A stretch of 64,000 bases of DNA from Azolla caroliniana (lineage: Eukaryota; Plantae; Polypodiophyta): the NCBI GenBank assembly GCA_043228905.1, contig JBHGNT010000002.1:15066001-15130000 (forward strand). Reading direction: 5' to 3'. This document shows positions 38,643 through 51,338 of this stretch, piece by piece. The position numbers and the translations under genes are program-made. Each line of letters begins with the position of its first letter. Position 1 is the first letter of the stretch. The notes beneath the pieces were generated by a model. That model was not told where the DNA came from, made no database searches, and saw only the letters and a program-made list of their open reading frames with translations.

Positions 38643-41600
38643 TGTTACTCCTAAGGGCCGGACAATAGCCTAACACAGGGTGTCTATGGAAGACACTTCA
38701 CCAAAGGGGTGTTACGGTGAGATAGAGTTAGACCGACGATTAATCCGACCTATATCGGTTACTTAAGCAACATATCATGAATCTTAATGCACGCGTAAGA
38801 TAGAAAGTAATTAGCACAGAACGTCAATCAATACACAAAGATTAGACAATAGAGCTTTATTAATTATCCGTCTTCATTTACAATGTAATCGGGCCTTTTT
38901 ATAGATCACCGGCTCTGCATACAAAACGGTGCCAACTGGCACACTAATATGAACCGGTCCGGATCCGGATCGGCATACCGATTCCAGTCCGTCCATTCAC
39001 TTCTCAAAATATACTTAATTACTTAATATCCTAATCACAGCTTCCGATTATTCCTGCCCTTTCACATTCTAGACTGTCCTCGACTCCTTGCCGGCTGGCT
39101 AACACAACCACAAACACAGGGTAAAAAAGAGGCGGGACCACGGGGTCTCAGACCAAGGAGCCGGTGAGAATAGGAAGGTTCTCCGGAAATCTTCGCCGGA
39201 TCAGTTAATGGTCACACGTCCAATCTCGATCAGATTAGGGTTCTTGAAGATGAGCACACAGACTCCGAGACGCGTAATGTTTCCGGACCAGATGGCAGTT
39301 GGCAACGGTGAGGTCTTAGCCTCCCTGGCTCAGACACACAACACGACAGGAATACACCAAAGACAAGACATGGGAAATCCAAAACACATGGAGAAACTCA
39401 ACAAATTAACGATTAAAAGAAGAAACGAGAAGAGATTTCAACCGGCCACGGCCAGCAAAAGAGCTTCAAGCTGACTATAATTACACACAAACACTAGCAA
39501 ACCTCCGATCAGAAGCACACAGGCTACTAGCTCACAACAGAGGCCTTGCAGCATGACGATAGGGAAAACTAGAAACAGAGAGTAGGAAGGAAACCTGAAA
39601 AGCTCAGTCGGGCAGAACTTCGTTCTCCAAAACGTGGATCCCTAAAACAATCTCAAACCTGCCCTTTTATAGAACAAAGGGGAGGCCGTTACATCACCAA
39701 TAAAGACAACCCCTTTTGGAGAGAGATTTCCCTGGATCCTCTCCGTCAAATATTAATATTATTCTCTAAGCGTGTGGCCTTGACGTACCCATCAAATCAC
39801 TCCTACCTAGTATTTCTCAACACTTAGATTGCCACTATACTTATTTACACATGACTATACAAAAGACATTTTGAGTGTACCAATGCACACCCTTGTTCAC
39901 GCGCTCTCCGGCCCTTTTTCCCTAGTAGTCGGAAACCCTCACGACATCCACCACCACCAAACCACACATCCTCTGGCATGTGCCAAGTAGTGAAACGATG
40001 GGGATTCCGGCTATTCTCTAGGCCTACTCCTTCGATCCGTTGTCGGTCTGGTCTTCATTCGATTCCTCGCCATCATTGATGCTTCCATCTTCGATCTCTA
40101 GATCGATCCGTTTCATGCCGTTTCTTGAAGGCCTTGATCAGTTTCCCTACAACTAGCATCGAAATTCTCGTTCCGTCGAGCTCCGCAAGGTGATATGTGG
40201 CATTGTCATTGGCGCCCGTCACTACATACTGTTATGCGAATTTTCCGAGTTGACCTATGTTGATTGTCAAGGTTGTTGTTGTAGACCAACACCCAGTCAC
40301 CTTCCATGATCTTCTTTGGCTAGAACTCGTGTGTCCAGTAAACCGGCTCTTGTTCTTCTTCAGCGTTGCCCCCATATTTGCCTTTGCTCGAGTTTTCGGA
40401 TCCTTGCCTAGTCGACCACCATCCACGAAGAGATTGTCTGCTCCACCGGGATGATCGGCTTCTACCTGAACATAATTTCTACCGGTATGTACCCGGTTAC
40501 CAAACTATGCGTAGTTCGGTCGGCCCATAATGCATAAGTAGTCTCGGCCAGTTCCTGACTTGTCCGTCGCATGCTCGCACCAATGCTTTCACAATCGGCC
40601 CGTTCCCACACTCGATTTTCCCATTTGCTTCCAGATTGTAAGAGTAGTGAGGGAGAGCTTTACCCCTAGCCGGTCAATTAGCTCCTTAGCTTCCAGCGCG
40701 TCCAACTCCCCTCAATCGGCTACAATCTTCCCTATGTAAGTACTAGCAGATCACATCTTTGATCAGGAACCGGCATACCGCAACAGTTGTCTTGGTCATT
40801 AAGGTCCGACCCTCCACCTGGTTCGTCAAATCTTCTCTTGCAACCACCAGGTACCTCATCTATCCTACCTTCCTGATTCGTTCGTCGCATGCTCACACCA
40901 ATGCTTTCACAATCGGCTAGTGCCCACACTCGATTTTCCCATTGGCTTCCAGATTGTAAGCGTAGTGAGGGAGAGCTTTACCCCCAGCTAGTCAAATAGC
41001 TCCTCAACTTCCAGCGCATCCAACTCCCATCGATCGGCTACAATCTTCCCCACGCAAGTACTAGCAGATCACATCTTTGATCAGGAACCAGCATACTGTG
41101 ACAGTTGTCTCCCTCGTTGCCACCTGGAGTGGTGCACAGTCTGTTTCTTCGGGTGCCTCCATATTTGACCGTTCCGGAGGAAGAACTTGTAGGCCTTCTT
41201 CTGGATTGGCCTCTCCTCTTCCTTCGTCCATGTTGCATCCGATGCCAACGTACTAAGGAACTTACCGATTTGGATCCACTCCCTATCGTAGTCGTTCTCG
41301 TTGAACTCGTTCAAGACCGGAGTGCTCCTCTCTTTTCTGACATTCCAGCCGACTCGAAGAAGTCCACGCCGACCTCTTCGTTTTCCGAAACCATGTCATC
41401 CCCATCATCGAACCGCGCGCTCAAAAGCATATCGGCCATAGCGTTGTTCTTTCTAGAGATATGTCAAATCTCCGGATTCCGGCACTTTATGTAGGCGATC
41501 CACATGAGCATCGCCAAGTCTGGAGTCACACATCAGGAAACCATGCCGAGAATCAGCAAGCAGTCTGTCTCAATTATTAATTCCACCCCTATCAAATAGT

Positions 41601-44600
41601 CTTTGTCGGCCTTAACAGCCGAAACGATACCCTAGAGCTCACGTTTAACTTGGGCGTATCCTCATTGTCACTCGCGTAGTACCTTCACACCGAGCCGGAT
41701 GGGGAACCTCGTGCAGGCCTCGTCGTCATGATTGATCACCCATCCGATTCCGGTCGGGCTCGTGTCCACCGTCACGAAAACCGCAATGCCCTTCTTGTAC
41801 ACCACTTTCTGGAGAGTCGGTGCCGCCGTTAGCTTTTCCTTCAGTCTCCGAATCGCCTCCATGTGCTCGTTGCTCCATTTGAATTTCCGGCTTTTCTTTA
41901 GCAAGCCATAGAGCGGCTCGACAATATGTGCGTAGTGCAGAATCCAAATGTGGTAGAAGGTACACTCCCCCAGGAATTGTCGGACTTTCGTGACCAACCG
42001 ATACTCTTCCTTCATCGCTGAGAAGGCCTCTACCTTCGGCAGAGACGGTCTCCAGCCATATGGCCCTTATAGGTCATTGACTACCAGGATCTCTGATTGT
42101 CTGAAAGCCTACTTCTCCCAAGAGAAGGTAAGTCGAGCGCCCTCAAGCCTCTGCAGTATCTTCTCGTAGTTGGAGATGTGGTCTACGACAAATCCCAGGC
42201 ATTCGTCCACCACGATCGACTCATCCTTCGTGTCCTCCGAACATTCCTTGATCAGGATGTCATCCAAAAATGGCAGGGTGATGTTCGGGGTGTAGTCCCT
42301 TAGCACCTTGTTCATCGGATTCACCATGTGCGCCACCGAATTGGTTCCCCCTTGCGGTAGGGCAGACATCCGAACTAGGCCGACAAGGGTTCGCATTGTC
42401 GTGATGTCTCTACTCTCTATGGCTAGTTGGAACTGGTCATACCCGGAGCATAAGTCGCTGACCAAGTAGATAGACCTTCCAGCGAAGGCCTCCACAAACT
42501 TGTTGATCATCAGACCGACTCCTTCATTTTCAATGGTCACCTTGTTGACTTGATGCATGTTCTGAATAAAGCACAGTGTGCCGTTCTCTTCGGCACTGTA
42601 AACCACTGATTCAAGTATGGGGCGCTTGACGGCTCAAGGATACCCATATTGACCTTGTCCTTGAACAGCTCCATCAACTTCAGGATGTGAGCTCTCGGTA
42701 CTAGAATCAGTTTGGGGTTCCACAGTACATGCGGCACTGTGAAGATCTGATGGGAGACAGGTCCCTCCGGATGGGAAGGGAGAAGAACAGTGCCGATGAA
42801 CAAACTTTTGAGGAGGACCCGACTACGGAGAGCCGGATGATACAGACCCGGTGAAGACCGGATGAGGAGTACTCGGCTACGGAGAGCCGGATGATACAGA
42901 CCCGGTGAAGACCGGATGAGGAGTACCCGGCTACGGAGAGCCGGATGGTGCAGACCCGGTATGAACCGGATGAAGAGACATATTCGTAAATATGTTTTTT
43001 TCAGAGAGTTCATCGAGGCTATATTTGTAAATAGCCGAAAAGTCATATTAGTATAAATATGACTTAGGGCAAACTTTTAGTTGTTGTTGTCATTTTCTAT
43101 TTTGCACGAGATCAGTGTGCGTAACTGTACAGAGAGAGAGAGAGAGAGAGAAAGAGGTCATTGCCTCCGTGGTAACTGCCGCTTGTGGCGAAGATCTGTG
43201 AGCACGAGGTCGGTGCCTCAGTGAGCTCACTGTTGTATATTCTTACATAGTGACAGTTTGCAGCTTGTGGGCTGCCGTGGTTTTTCCCCTAGTTTGGGGT
43301 TTTCCACGTGAACCTCCTGTGTATTATCTTCTTCTTTGTGTCGTGTTTTATTTCCCGTTTTCTGTGTATCATTCTAAGCTTGGTTGTGGCTGAGCGTTGC
43401 GCATAAGGAACGTTGAGTTCCCGTCAAGATCACCATCAGTTCTACGAATCTTGGGTCGACGCACACGATCTTCCCGGACAAGAACGAGAAGGCTTCCGCA
43501 TGCCTCTCGAGCATCCTCTGAAACTGGTCCAACTCCATCGGAAGTAGGAAGCCAACCCCAGTGATCTTCAGCTCCCATAGCATCTCGTCGGTGAACCAGT
43601 GCCCTATGCTAGCCAGTTCTTGTAAACTTGGGTCTGTCGTGACCCCTTTCATCTAATCCCAGTTGTCCTCCGGCAAGGGAGCTACGACTGGCCTCACCTT
43701 CCAGTCCACAATCTTGTACTTTGTGTCTACTCGGGCCGTCTAATCCGACTTGATCATCTTCCCAAAGTCCGCCATGACTTCCTAAATCTCGACGGAATTT
43801 ACCGGAACAACCCGGTCTTCGCTAAAATCCTCCTCGACTACCCTCTTGATCTCCCCAAGGGTGTCATTGAATGAGACCACCTCCATGACACTGCTACTCG
43901 AGTCGTCAAGGTCCAAGGCTCCACCTTGCTTCAGACGCCTTTCAACTTCCTTCTTCTCCCGGCCTCCAATGTCAGCTATAGTACAACCTCCATTTCCAAA
44001 GAGCCAAAATTTCCTACTTATGGTACATATCGTGGCCCCATGCCTTGACATTCCTCTCTAAAGATCGTCTCGGCTCTCGCCGCCGAGAGAATCTCGGTTT
44101 CGTTCATGATTCGGCCTTACTATTAAGAAGTGGACGGAGTGCTTACCGTACTGACTCTTTACCCTCACATATGTCAAACCGTTGTCCAGCACCTTCGTTT
44201 CCATCCAATGCGCCGTAACGTAAGGTTTGCCAAAAATTACCGGGTGGGAGGATGTCTCCTACACGAAGAAATGTAGGTCTATTTCAACATCACCGACCTT
44301 CACCTTGATGTTCAGGCACACACCATGAAGCTCTTCGGTAGCGCGGGTTGTCATGTGTATCTTCCAACCATGCTTCGTGTTGATCATCCACTTCCCCTTT
44401 TTATAGAAGTCCATCGACATCAGATTGATTTCTGATTCGTGGTCGATCAACGCCACCACCAGCTCGTTCACATCCCCGATCTGGACCAGGGTGTCTGTCG
44501 TCACTATGGACCAGTGCAGGATCATATAGTGGCTATCCGGAAACTCCTTTTCTGTCCCACCTCTGGCTCTGGCTTCTCTGGCTCTAGTTCTGTCGAAAGC

Positions 44601-45474
44601 CCGACAACTTCTTCTTCTCCTGTGAGCTAGCTGGGCCTTCATCATTCTTCTTCGGCCCACTCCGGGTCTCATACCGGTTCGAGGACCGGCCTTTCCGAAC
44701 TGCTTATCTTCTACCAGAACCTCATAGTTCTAGCACGCAGCTTCCACGAAGCCGGTTTTCTCTTTTACTAGATTATCCCATCCGGTGTCCTCTTGGACCC
44801 TCTTCTTCCTTCCTTAACCACATGCTAGATAGGCCCTTTAGCACAAGTGACGAGAGTCTGGTACTACTTCCGGATCCGATGCCCTTCTCTTTGCCTACCC
44901 AAATCCCTGCCGACACCGAGTAGTGAATGGCCTCGGTGTTCCGAGATGCGGCATCCTCCATTAGCCTCTTCATGCCACATCTTTAGGTGTTCACCTCGAG
45001 AGGCCTTCACGTGTCGCATACGTGCACCCGTCTATTCCAGAGGTACACAACATTGTTGTAGAGTGCTTCAGCAAAATTGGTGCACTCTCTTCGCATGTGG
45101 CGGACGACATTGCACCACATGCACCTCTGGTCGTTTGGTGGGCGCCGATCATGTGATTCGCCGTCGCCTTCCCTCCGAGCTTGGGCAATCTGGAGTTCTC
45201 GTACCATCCTCGTTAGCTCCTCCAGAGTTGTGCCCCCGAATAGGCCTTTCACCACGTCGGTTGGAACCACGCCCGACTCGAGCCACCTCCTAGTATCTTC
45301 CGACGGAGTCGGAATCTCCTCCGTCCTCTTCCCGGTGGTTGGTCCGGCCGTTGACACCCCCGCATCGTTCCACTCCCGCTGCTTGTCAAAATGACTACAT
45401 ACTCTCTTAACAATAGTCCAGTCAGTCATGAGCCCTTTATCCGTGAGGAGACCCACCTTCTCCTGATCACACAT
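38643..45474 (-). mobile_element. Decayed Ty3/gypsy (FLDD-type RT) with 3' LTR region
   Basis: Gag CMWC....H....C, protease LIDHESEIN, RT LPQGGTNS/PFLDD, RNase H VDTSPTGIG, integrase remnants; PPT about 39947-39960; LTR start TGTCGTG at 39946; left LTR boundary uncertain. Confidence 0.85.
42748..43426 (+). mobile_element. Copia-type solo LTR with TSD AGATC
   Basis: TGATGGG...CCCGTCA, perfect 5-bp TSD, three 54-bp internal repeats; same family as 57131-57892. Confidence 0.92.
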
Positions 45475-46560
45475 TGTCGTGAAGGTATGACAAAGACACG
45501 TGAAGTTGAGGCGGGACCTCGGGGCCTTCGACTAGAGGATATCAAATTCGTGCGTTTATACTTTAAGAATTAACGGAAATGAGAAAATTTAGTAATTTTT
45601 TATTAGGAAAGAAAAGAAAATTACAATCTATCCCAAGATTATGATTATAGAAGTTTAGGATTAAAAAGATTAATAGATAAGAAAAATTAGGGTTTTTGAG
45701 AGATATCGCTTCCGTAAGGAAAATTAGGGTTTTTTGAGAGATATGGCTTCCGTAACGAAAATTAGGGATTTTCGAGAGATATGACTTCCGTAAGGAAAAT
45801 TAGGGTTTTTGAGAGAGATATGGCTTCTGTAAGGAAAATTAGGGTTAGGGTTTTCTCTTTGATAGATTTTTCCTTTCCCCCAAATTCTAAGATTTTCTGA
45901 GCCACTCCCTCGTTGTAGGATTTTTCTTTGTTACCACTCGAAGGTACACTTGCATGAAGGAACTCCAGTTTCCATCCCTCCAATTCAGTTGCATGCGTCC
46001 CACATGGTGTTTCTTTAGTTGTATGGACTTCACGTTCAATTACGGCATCCCAAATAACGTTTACTTTAACTGCATGGCCTCCACGTTCAATTACGTGATG
46101 GCCCGTGCATCCCGACCAATCTGCACGTCCCATGCATCCTGACCCGTCGATCCCATTCCAAAATCGTTTTTAGTTCATCCGCATGAGGCCATCCAGGCAA
46201 TTCCGTCTCATCCGTTCGTCTAAACAGTTTGGCCTTAATCACCACAACTGTTATATGCTCCAAACACACAAATACAAAGTAATGGGTTCTGGGTCTACTT
46301 ATATATTGCTAGATCCGATGTTTTCCTATTTACCTTACAGTTCTGTTTCCCATCTTCTCAAGCTTTATACTCACATAACTTGATAGGTAGTTGTTCGTTT
46401 CATATATAGTTTCGGAAGCTCTTGAACACGTCCATCTTTTCATACCAAGCCATTAAGCTAATCTAAAATAATTATTTCATTATTTTTCATATCATGTGTG
46501 AAGAATCACAACACATTCACCCCCACCAAACCTGCACATCCACTGGTATGTGCCAAGTGT
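45475..46560 (-). mobile_element. Gypsy 3' LTR (45475-46515) plus PPT, abutting the gag of the neighbouring gypsy
   Basis: Reverse-complement homolog of 13596-15019; PPT and pre-PPT hairpin at 46516-46553. Confidence 0.85.
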
Positions 46561-47494
46561 GGTACTGAGCTACATCCGCCTAGTTGAAAACTTTATTCCT
46601 TCTTTGAATATTTTCCTTTCTTCATAACCTAACTATCTATGATTGAGACTGACCTTGAACCCGCTCATTGCCTACTTAGATCTCTTCCAATGCCACCACG
46701 ACCACTCTTTCCACCATAGCCATGGGGACCATCCAAACCTCGACAAAGCTTTGCATCATCTGGTAGTCTAAGGGCCTAAATGTGAGCATGTACTTGAAGC
46801 ATGGGCTACAAGGAATAGTCACAGTCAATGTTCGGATGAGGCTTAACAAAGACAAGCTTGGATTGATAGAAGAAGGAAGACTGAAGTGTCTTGTCCATAA
46901 AGGTGATCGAAATGAAAGCAACACAGGCATGGTGCATGAAGGGTTATGGTTGGGGAAGGCGGAGGAGGCCATGACAACGCATGTTTTCCGCTTCTTCCTT
47001 TTTCATAGTATGCTCTCACGTGAGAGTTGACCATCGATGGTTCGATCTTTGTAATGGTGTCCTCTTTCGAGTTAGATATTGTGATCAAATCCTACAGAAT
47101 GCCCTTCGAATTCACTTCGTTCGTTTGGCCCTCATCATGCACTATTGTGCTTTGTTTGACCTCTTCATCATATGTATTAGCTTTGACCTTCGCTTCCTCA
47201 CCGCCACCTTCCATCTCTGGACTTATGTTGGTTCTCGGGCATAATTGCAAAACTCTCCGGAACCTGTGTGGAGGGATTCTCATCTTTATCGGCTTTTGCT
47301 TTTGTCATCTTGTCCATAGCCATCTCTTTGGCTCACTCTCTGTCACACGCATCTACGTCGGCCCTTGCTTCCTCACTGCCATTGTCCTTCTCTTGGGTCT
47401 TACATTGGTTAATGCCCAAGTTTCTCGAACAAGTGTGGAGGGTGTCATGATAGCACTCACATCATGCATCGAAAGGATCATGACACTCATATTA

Positions 47495-48213
47495 TGACTC
47501 GAAAGGATTTGCTTGAATCTAATATTGGTCGGACGGCTCGATGACGAAGGTTATAGCGGTCACTTCCGAAATGGCACATGGAAATTCTGCAAAGGGAACT
47601 TGATCGTGGTTCGGGTCAAGAAGTAAAATACATTATACGTGATGCATGTACGACTGAGCCGAAATGAGGTAAATGCGGCAGCCGACACAACCGGAAAGGT
47701 GTGGCATAAGAGGCTATCTCACATGAGTTAGAAGGGTATGGAGATGTTGGCCGGAAAACAACTCATGCCGGAGGTGAAGAATGTGCATTTGGACAAATGT
47801 GTCGACTGCCTGGCCGACAAACGAAATAGAGCCACCTTTCGATCTAGGCCTCTGATGTAGAGGAAAACTGCCTTCGAACTTGTACAGACCGATGTGTGCT
47901 AAGCAAATGCAAGGTCTCATTTCGGTGGACAGTACTTCGTAACCTTCATAAATGATTATAGTCATAAGTTGTGGGCTTACGTGCAAAAGACGAAGGATCA
48001 AGTAATGAGTGTCTTCAAGGTGTTCCAGGTGAGAGCCGAGAGAGAAATTGGATGGAACTTGAAGGTGGTCCGAACGGACAATGGCAGTGAATACCGAGGG
48101 CAGTTCGAGGAGAACTGTCGGTAAAAGGGAATCCGGCTTGAATATATTGTGCTGAAGACGCCAATGTTGAACGGGCTAGCCGAAATTATGAACCAGACCA
48201 TCATGGAGAGAGT
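47495..48213 (+). mobile_element. Copia GAG-pre-integrase/integrase fragment
   Basis: GRLDDEGYSG, VWHKRLSHMS, RTDNGSEY, LNGLAE motifs with stops. Confidence 0.85.
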
Positions 48214-48550
48214 TGCCTCTTTAATATTCTCAAAAGTTGTTTAGGATAAAATATTTGTACTTAAATTCTTTATTCCTTTTACATTAAATGATGTTTGGGG
48301 AAATCGTGATGCTTGTAATGGTGATTTATGATGCACTTTAATATTGAATGGAAAATTAAAAGTTATATTGGAACTAACTAGTCATATTATTGAATGGTCA
48401 ACTTGGAATACATGAAATTCATCATGACGATATTGCCATGCATGCCTTCGGAGCTTTACTTCCATGATCGTGTCACGATGAAATTAAAATATCATTTCGT
48501 GCTCACAAAAGTAAGCATGGCATACAATTAAACTAAGCTTCTACATGTTG

Positions 48551-48559
48551 TATTTAAAG
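48551..48559 (+). promoter_or_regulatory. Putative TATA box of the dirigent-like gene
   Basis: TATTTAAAG about 95 bp upstream of the ATG; RY-like CATGCATG at about 48437. Confidence 0.45.
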
Positions 48560-48645
48560 CTAGCCAAATCCTTGCAAAGGTCATTCCATATCTCTCTTGA
48601 AAACCTGATCATCAGTACTTAGAATTCATCTCAATACTTATAGCA

Positions 48646-49197
48646 ATGGCGTCTAGATATAACATTTCCTACATGAAGATGATGGTACTCATGGTGCTTC
48701 TAATGGCGGCATGTGTTGCAGCAAAAAAGAAGGTGGTATTGAAGTACTACACACAACAACAACTTGGGGTGAATGAGTTTGGGATGGTCTCAGCAGCTGT
48801 TCCTCCGGCCAAAGGCACATTCACTGGTGTTGGCCTTCAAGTGGTTTATAACTACACATTGACCAAGACAGGAAACCCAACATCCCAAGTATTGGGCGTC
48901 ATTCGCGGCACCTCTGTGGTGACCTCCAACACTGTCAATGCCACCATTTTTGTTGTCAACACTGTTGTGCATTACGTTAATCCCAAGAAAGGGGGTCTCA
49001 AGGGCACTTTCACCACACAAGGTGAGGCCGACTTTGGTAGTGGACAACCCTTCGAATTAGCCGTGACAGGTGGCACTGGTGACTTTCGTGGCGTCTATGG
49101 CTACACTATCGCCAGCAACTTCAATTTTACGCCACCTACTGGCAACTCAACTGCCAAGGTCACAAAATTCTATCAAACTCGCCTTTGGTGGCTCTAA
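48646..49197 (+). CDS. Dirigent-like secreted protein, intronless, 183 aa
   Basis: Hydrophobic signal peptide; L.YY, S..LG..RG and ELAVTGGTGDFRGVYGY (dirigent C-terminal motif); N-glycosylation sequons; uninterrupted ORF. Confidence 0.85.
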   Translation: MASRYNISYMKMMVLMVLLMAACVAAKKKVVLKYYTQQQLGVNEFGMVSAAVPPAKGTFTGVGLQVVYNYTLTKTGNPTSQVLGVIRGTSVVTSNTVNATIFVVNTVVHYVNPKKGGLKGTFTTQGEADFGSGQPFELAVTGGTGDFRGVYGYTIASNFNFTPPTGNSTAKVTKFYQTRLWWL

Positions 49198-50039
49198 ATT
49201 ATAGATGCTTGAATTATCTTCCTCATTTCTAGGATTGATAAAAAAAATACATGGCTTTAGGAAACTCTTTCTTTCATACCAATTAATATGAATTGGTGAA
49301 TGCATTGTCTTCCTATATGTAGGAAGATTTATTTATTTATTTATTAATAATGAAACTTAATATCGTGGATCCTACAAAACCGTGCAAAGATCAATGTCTA
49401 GTTTCATTTCAATGATGATAAATTATGTTACACAATGTTTCACTATAGATGCAAAATGATTGTGTTCCATATTCGAGGATTCTCATTTCTTTTGTTTAAG
49501 CATGTGAATGTGCAACAATAAATAATGGCGCATTGAACATTGGAATAGACGTCTTCCCTTTAAATACGTTTGTTTTTTAAATCGAGAATGAAGCCACTAA
49601 TATATGTCCCACTAGATGGCTAACAAGATGGGGTATGGTGAGACCTATCAAACCACATGTTTCCACTCTACCCTAACCAAAAAAATTGGGTTTCACATTA
49701 CAATGTGAAGAAATCCAAATGTCTCCTAATGTAAATCACTAGTTTACCAAGCTCGAAAACCTTCTCCAAGTCCACATCAATCCTCAGATGTTTGGTTTTG
49801 GTTGTATTTTCAACGTTGTAGATAGTATTTAGATAGTGAGAAAAACCTTCACCATGTGCTTTTGAGGCATCTCAAATACTTTATGAGTCCGGATATACTA
49901 GCTCTTGGTATAACATGATGGTGAGTTGGCTTCTTGCAAATTTTAATCTCTCATGAGGACCGTAATAAATTAATATGCCAAGAAATATGCCAAATTTACA
50001 CTCGGTATAAATGGATCACCCCATTAGAGTCACTCCCAT

Positions 50040-51035
50040 CTAAAATGTTGTACTATAAGGAACACTTCATCCACTTCTCTAAGTTAGGTTTTATTACACG
50101 ACTAAAATACTAGATACATTCTTACCAAATGCACTAAGGGTTGCCATTGGATAACTTCGAATATCATCTCACCAACTTGATATTGAGAATGGTCGTACTA
50201 ATGGGGTCCCTAGAGAGGAACGGATATGTAGATTATGTCACATGGAAATAGAGGTGAGTACCACTTTACATGCAAGTGTCCAACTTACGCCGAGATAAGG
50301 GAAAAATACCAAGACATACTCGGACCTTCTCCCACCCTCTCCAAACTATTAGATACTCTAGATATAAAGAAGTTAGGGAGATATATCTTAGAGCTAAAAC
50401 AACATAGAGAGAATAAACTACAAAATATTAACAATAACTTTTCTAATACTCACCAACATGTAGCCAATGAAGTTTTTAATGGACAAGGGAAGACGATGAA
50501 TGTGGACACACATGCACCACTCGTCCTCTTCTTTGATGAAGTAGAAAACCAAAGAAGAACCAAACGCCCTCAGATGTCGGGTTTCAAAGCAACTCGACAT
50601 GGTGTAGAACCAATTAAGAAAATAAGGAAATGTGAGCTACACCGCCTAGAAGCCATGGTTGGGGTAGTTTCTACATCGGGACCATGGGCCACACCTACAT
50701 CGAAACCCTTTGACCTCCTCTTTCTTTTCGAGAGACTTGGATTGTCTCATATGGATTCTCTCACTCACACACAAATAGTCTCTCTCTTTAATAGTAATTG
50801 AAACGGGTTTCAAAGCAACTCGACATGGTGTAGAACCAATTAAGAAAATAAGGAAACGTGAGCTACACCGCCTAGAACCATGGTTGGGGTAGTTTCTACA
50901 TCGGAACCATGGGCCACACCTACATCGAAACCCTTTGACCTCCCGTTTCTTTTCGAGAGACTTGGATTGTCTCATATAGATTCTCTCACTCACACACAAA
51001 TAGTCTCTCTCTTTAATAGTAATTGAATTAATTTT
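50040..51035 (+). mobile_element. LINE 3' end (C-terminal Zn knuckle, duplicated 3' UTR, AATTG-type tail)
   Basis: LRISSHQLDIENGR..REERICRLC..EYHF..CPTY; tandem 226-bp copies 50578-50803 and 50804-51027. Confidence 0.75.
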
Positions 51036-51039
51036 GAAC

Positions 51040-51338
51040 TATAGTAGATGAGGTGCAATACAAAGTCAAACCCATCTAATTACCCATTGTGTCCCTTATC
51101 ACTTAATTCCTCTAGATGAACCTATTTAGTGGACACGATTTCATATAATCCTTCTAACATCTACTAAGTCATGGCTCTAACCACTATGCCATTATATATT
51201 TATGCCCCCTTTTTCTTCCCCTTGCTTTTCTCATGTATTTTAGACATTTCCTTATTGCGTTCCCACCTTCCTCATGCCCACATCATGATATCCACTCCCC
51301 ACAAAACCAAAAATCCTCCGGTATGTGCCTTGAATGGT
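51040..51338 (-). mobile_element. Gypsy PPT and start of a 3' LTR (fragment)
   Basis: Minus strand GGCACATACCGGAGG..GTGGGGAGTGGA followed by TATCATG at 51290. Confidence 0.55.

Noticed and set aside
38710-39104. Small solo LTR (TGTTAC...TAACA) inside the gypsy LTR region
   Set aside because: Flanks AGGGG and CAACC give no TSD; boundaries cannot be supported
42815-42970. Regular repeats resembling a CRISPR array or an 18-aa repeat protein
   Set aside because: Head-to-tail units without unique spacers, inside a solo LTR, in a eukaryotic context
6876-51035. LINE pieces at 6.9-8.6 kb and 50-51 kb as one split element
   Set aside because: No matching junction or TSD, RT middle missing, and a host gene lies between them
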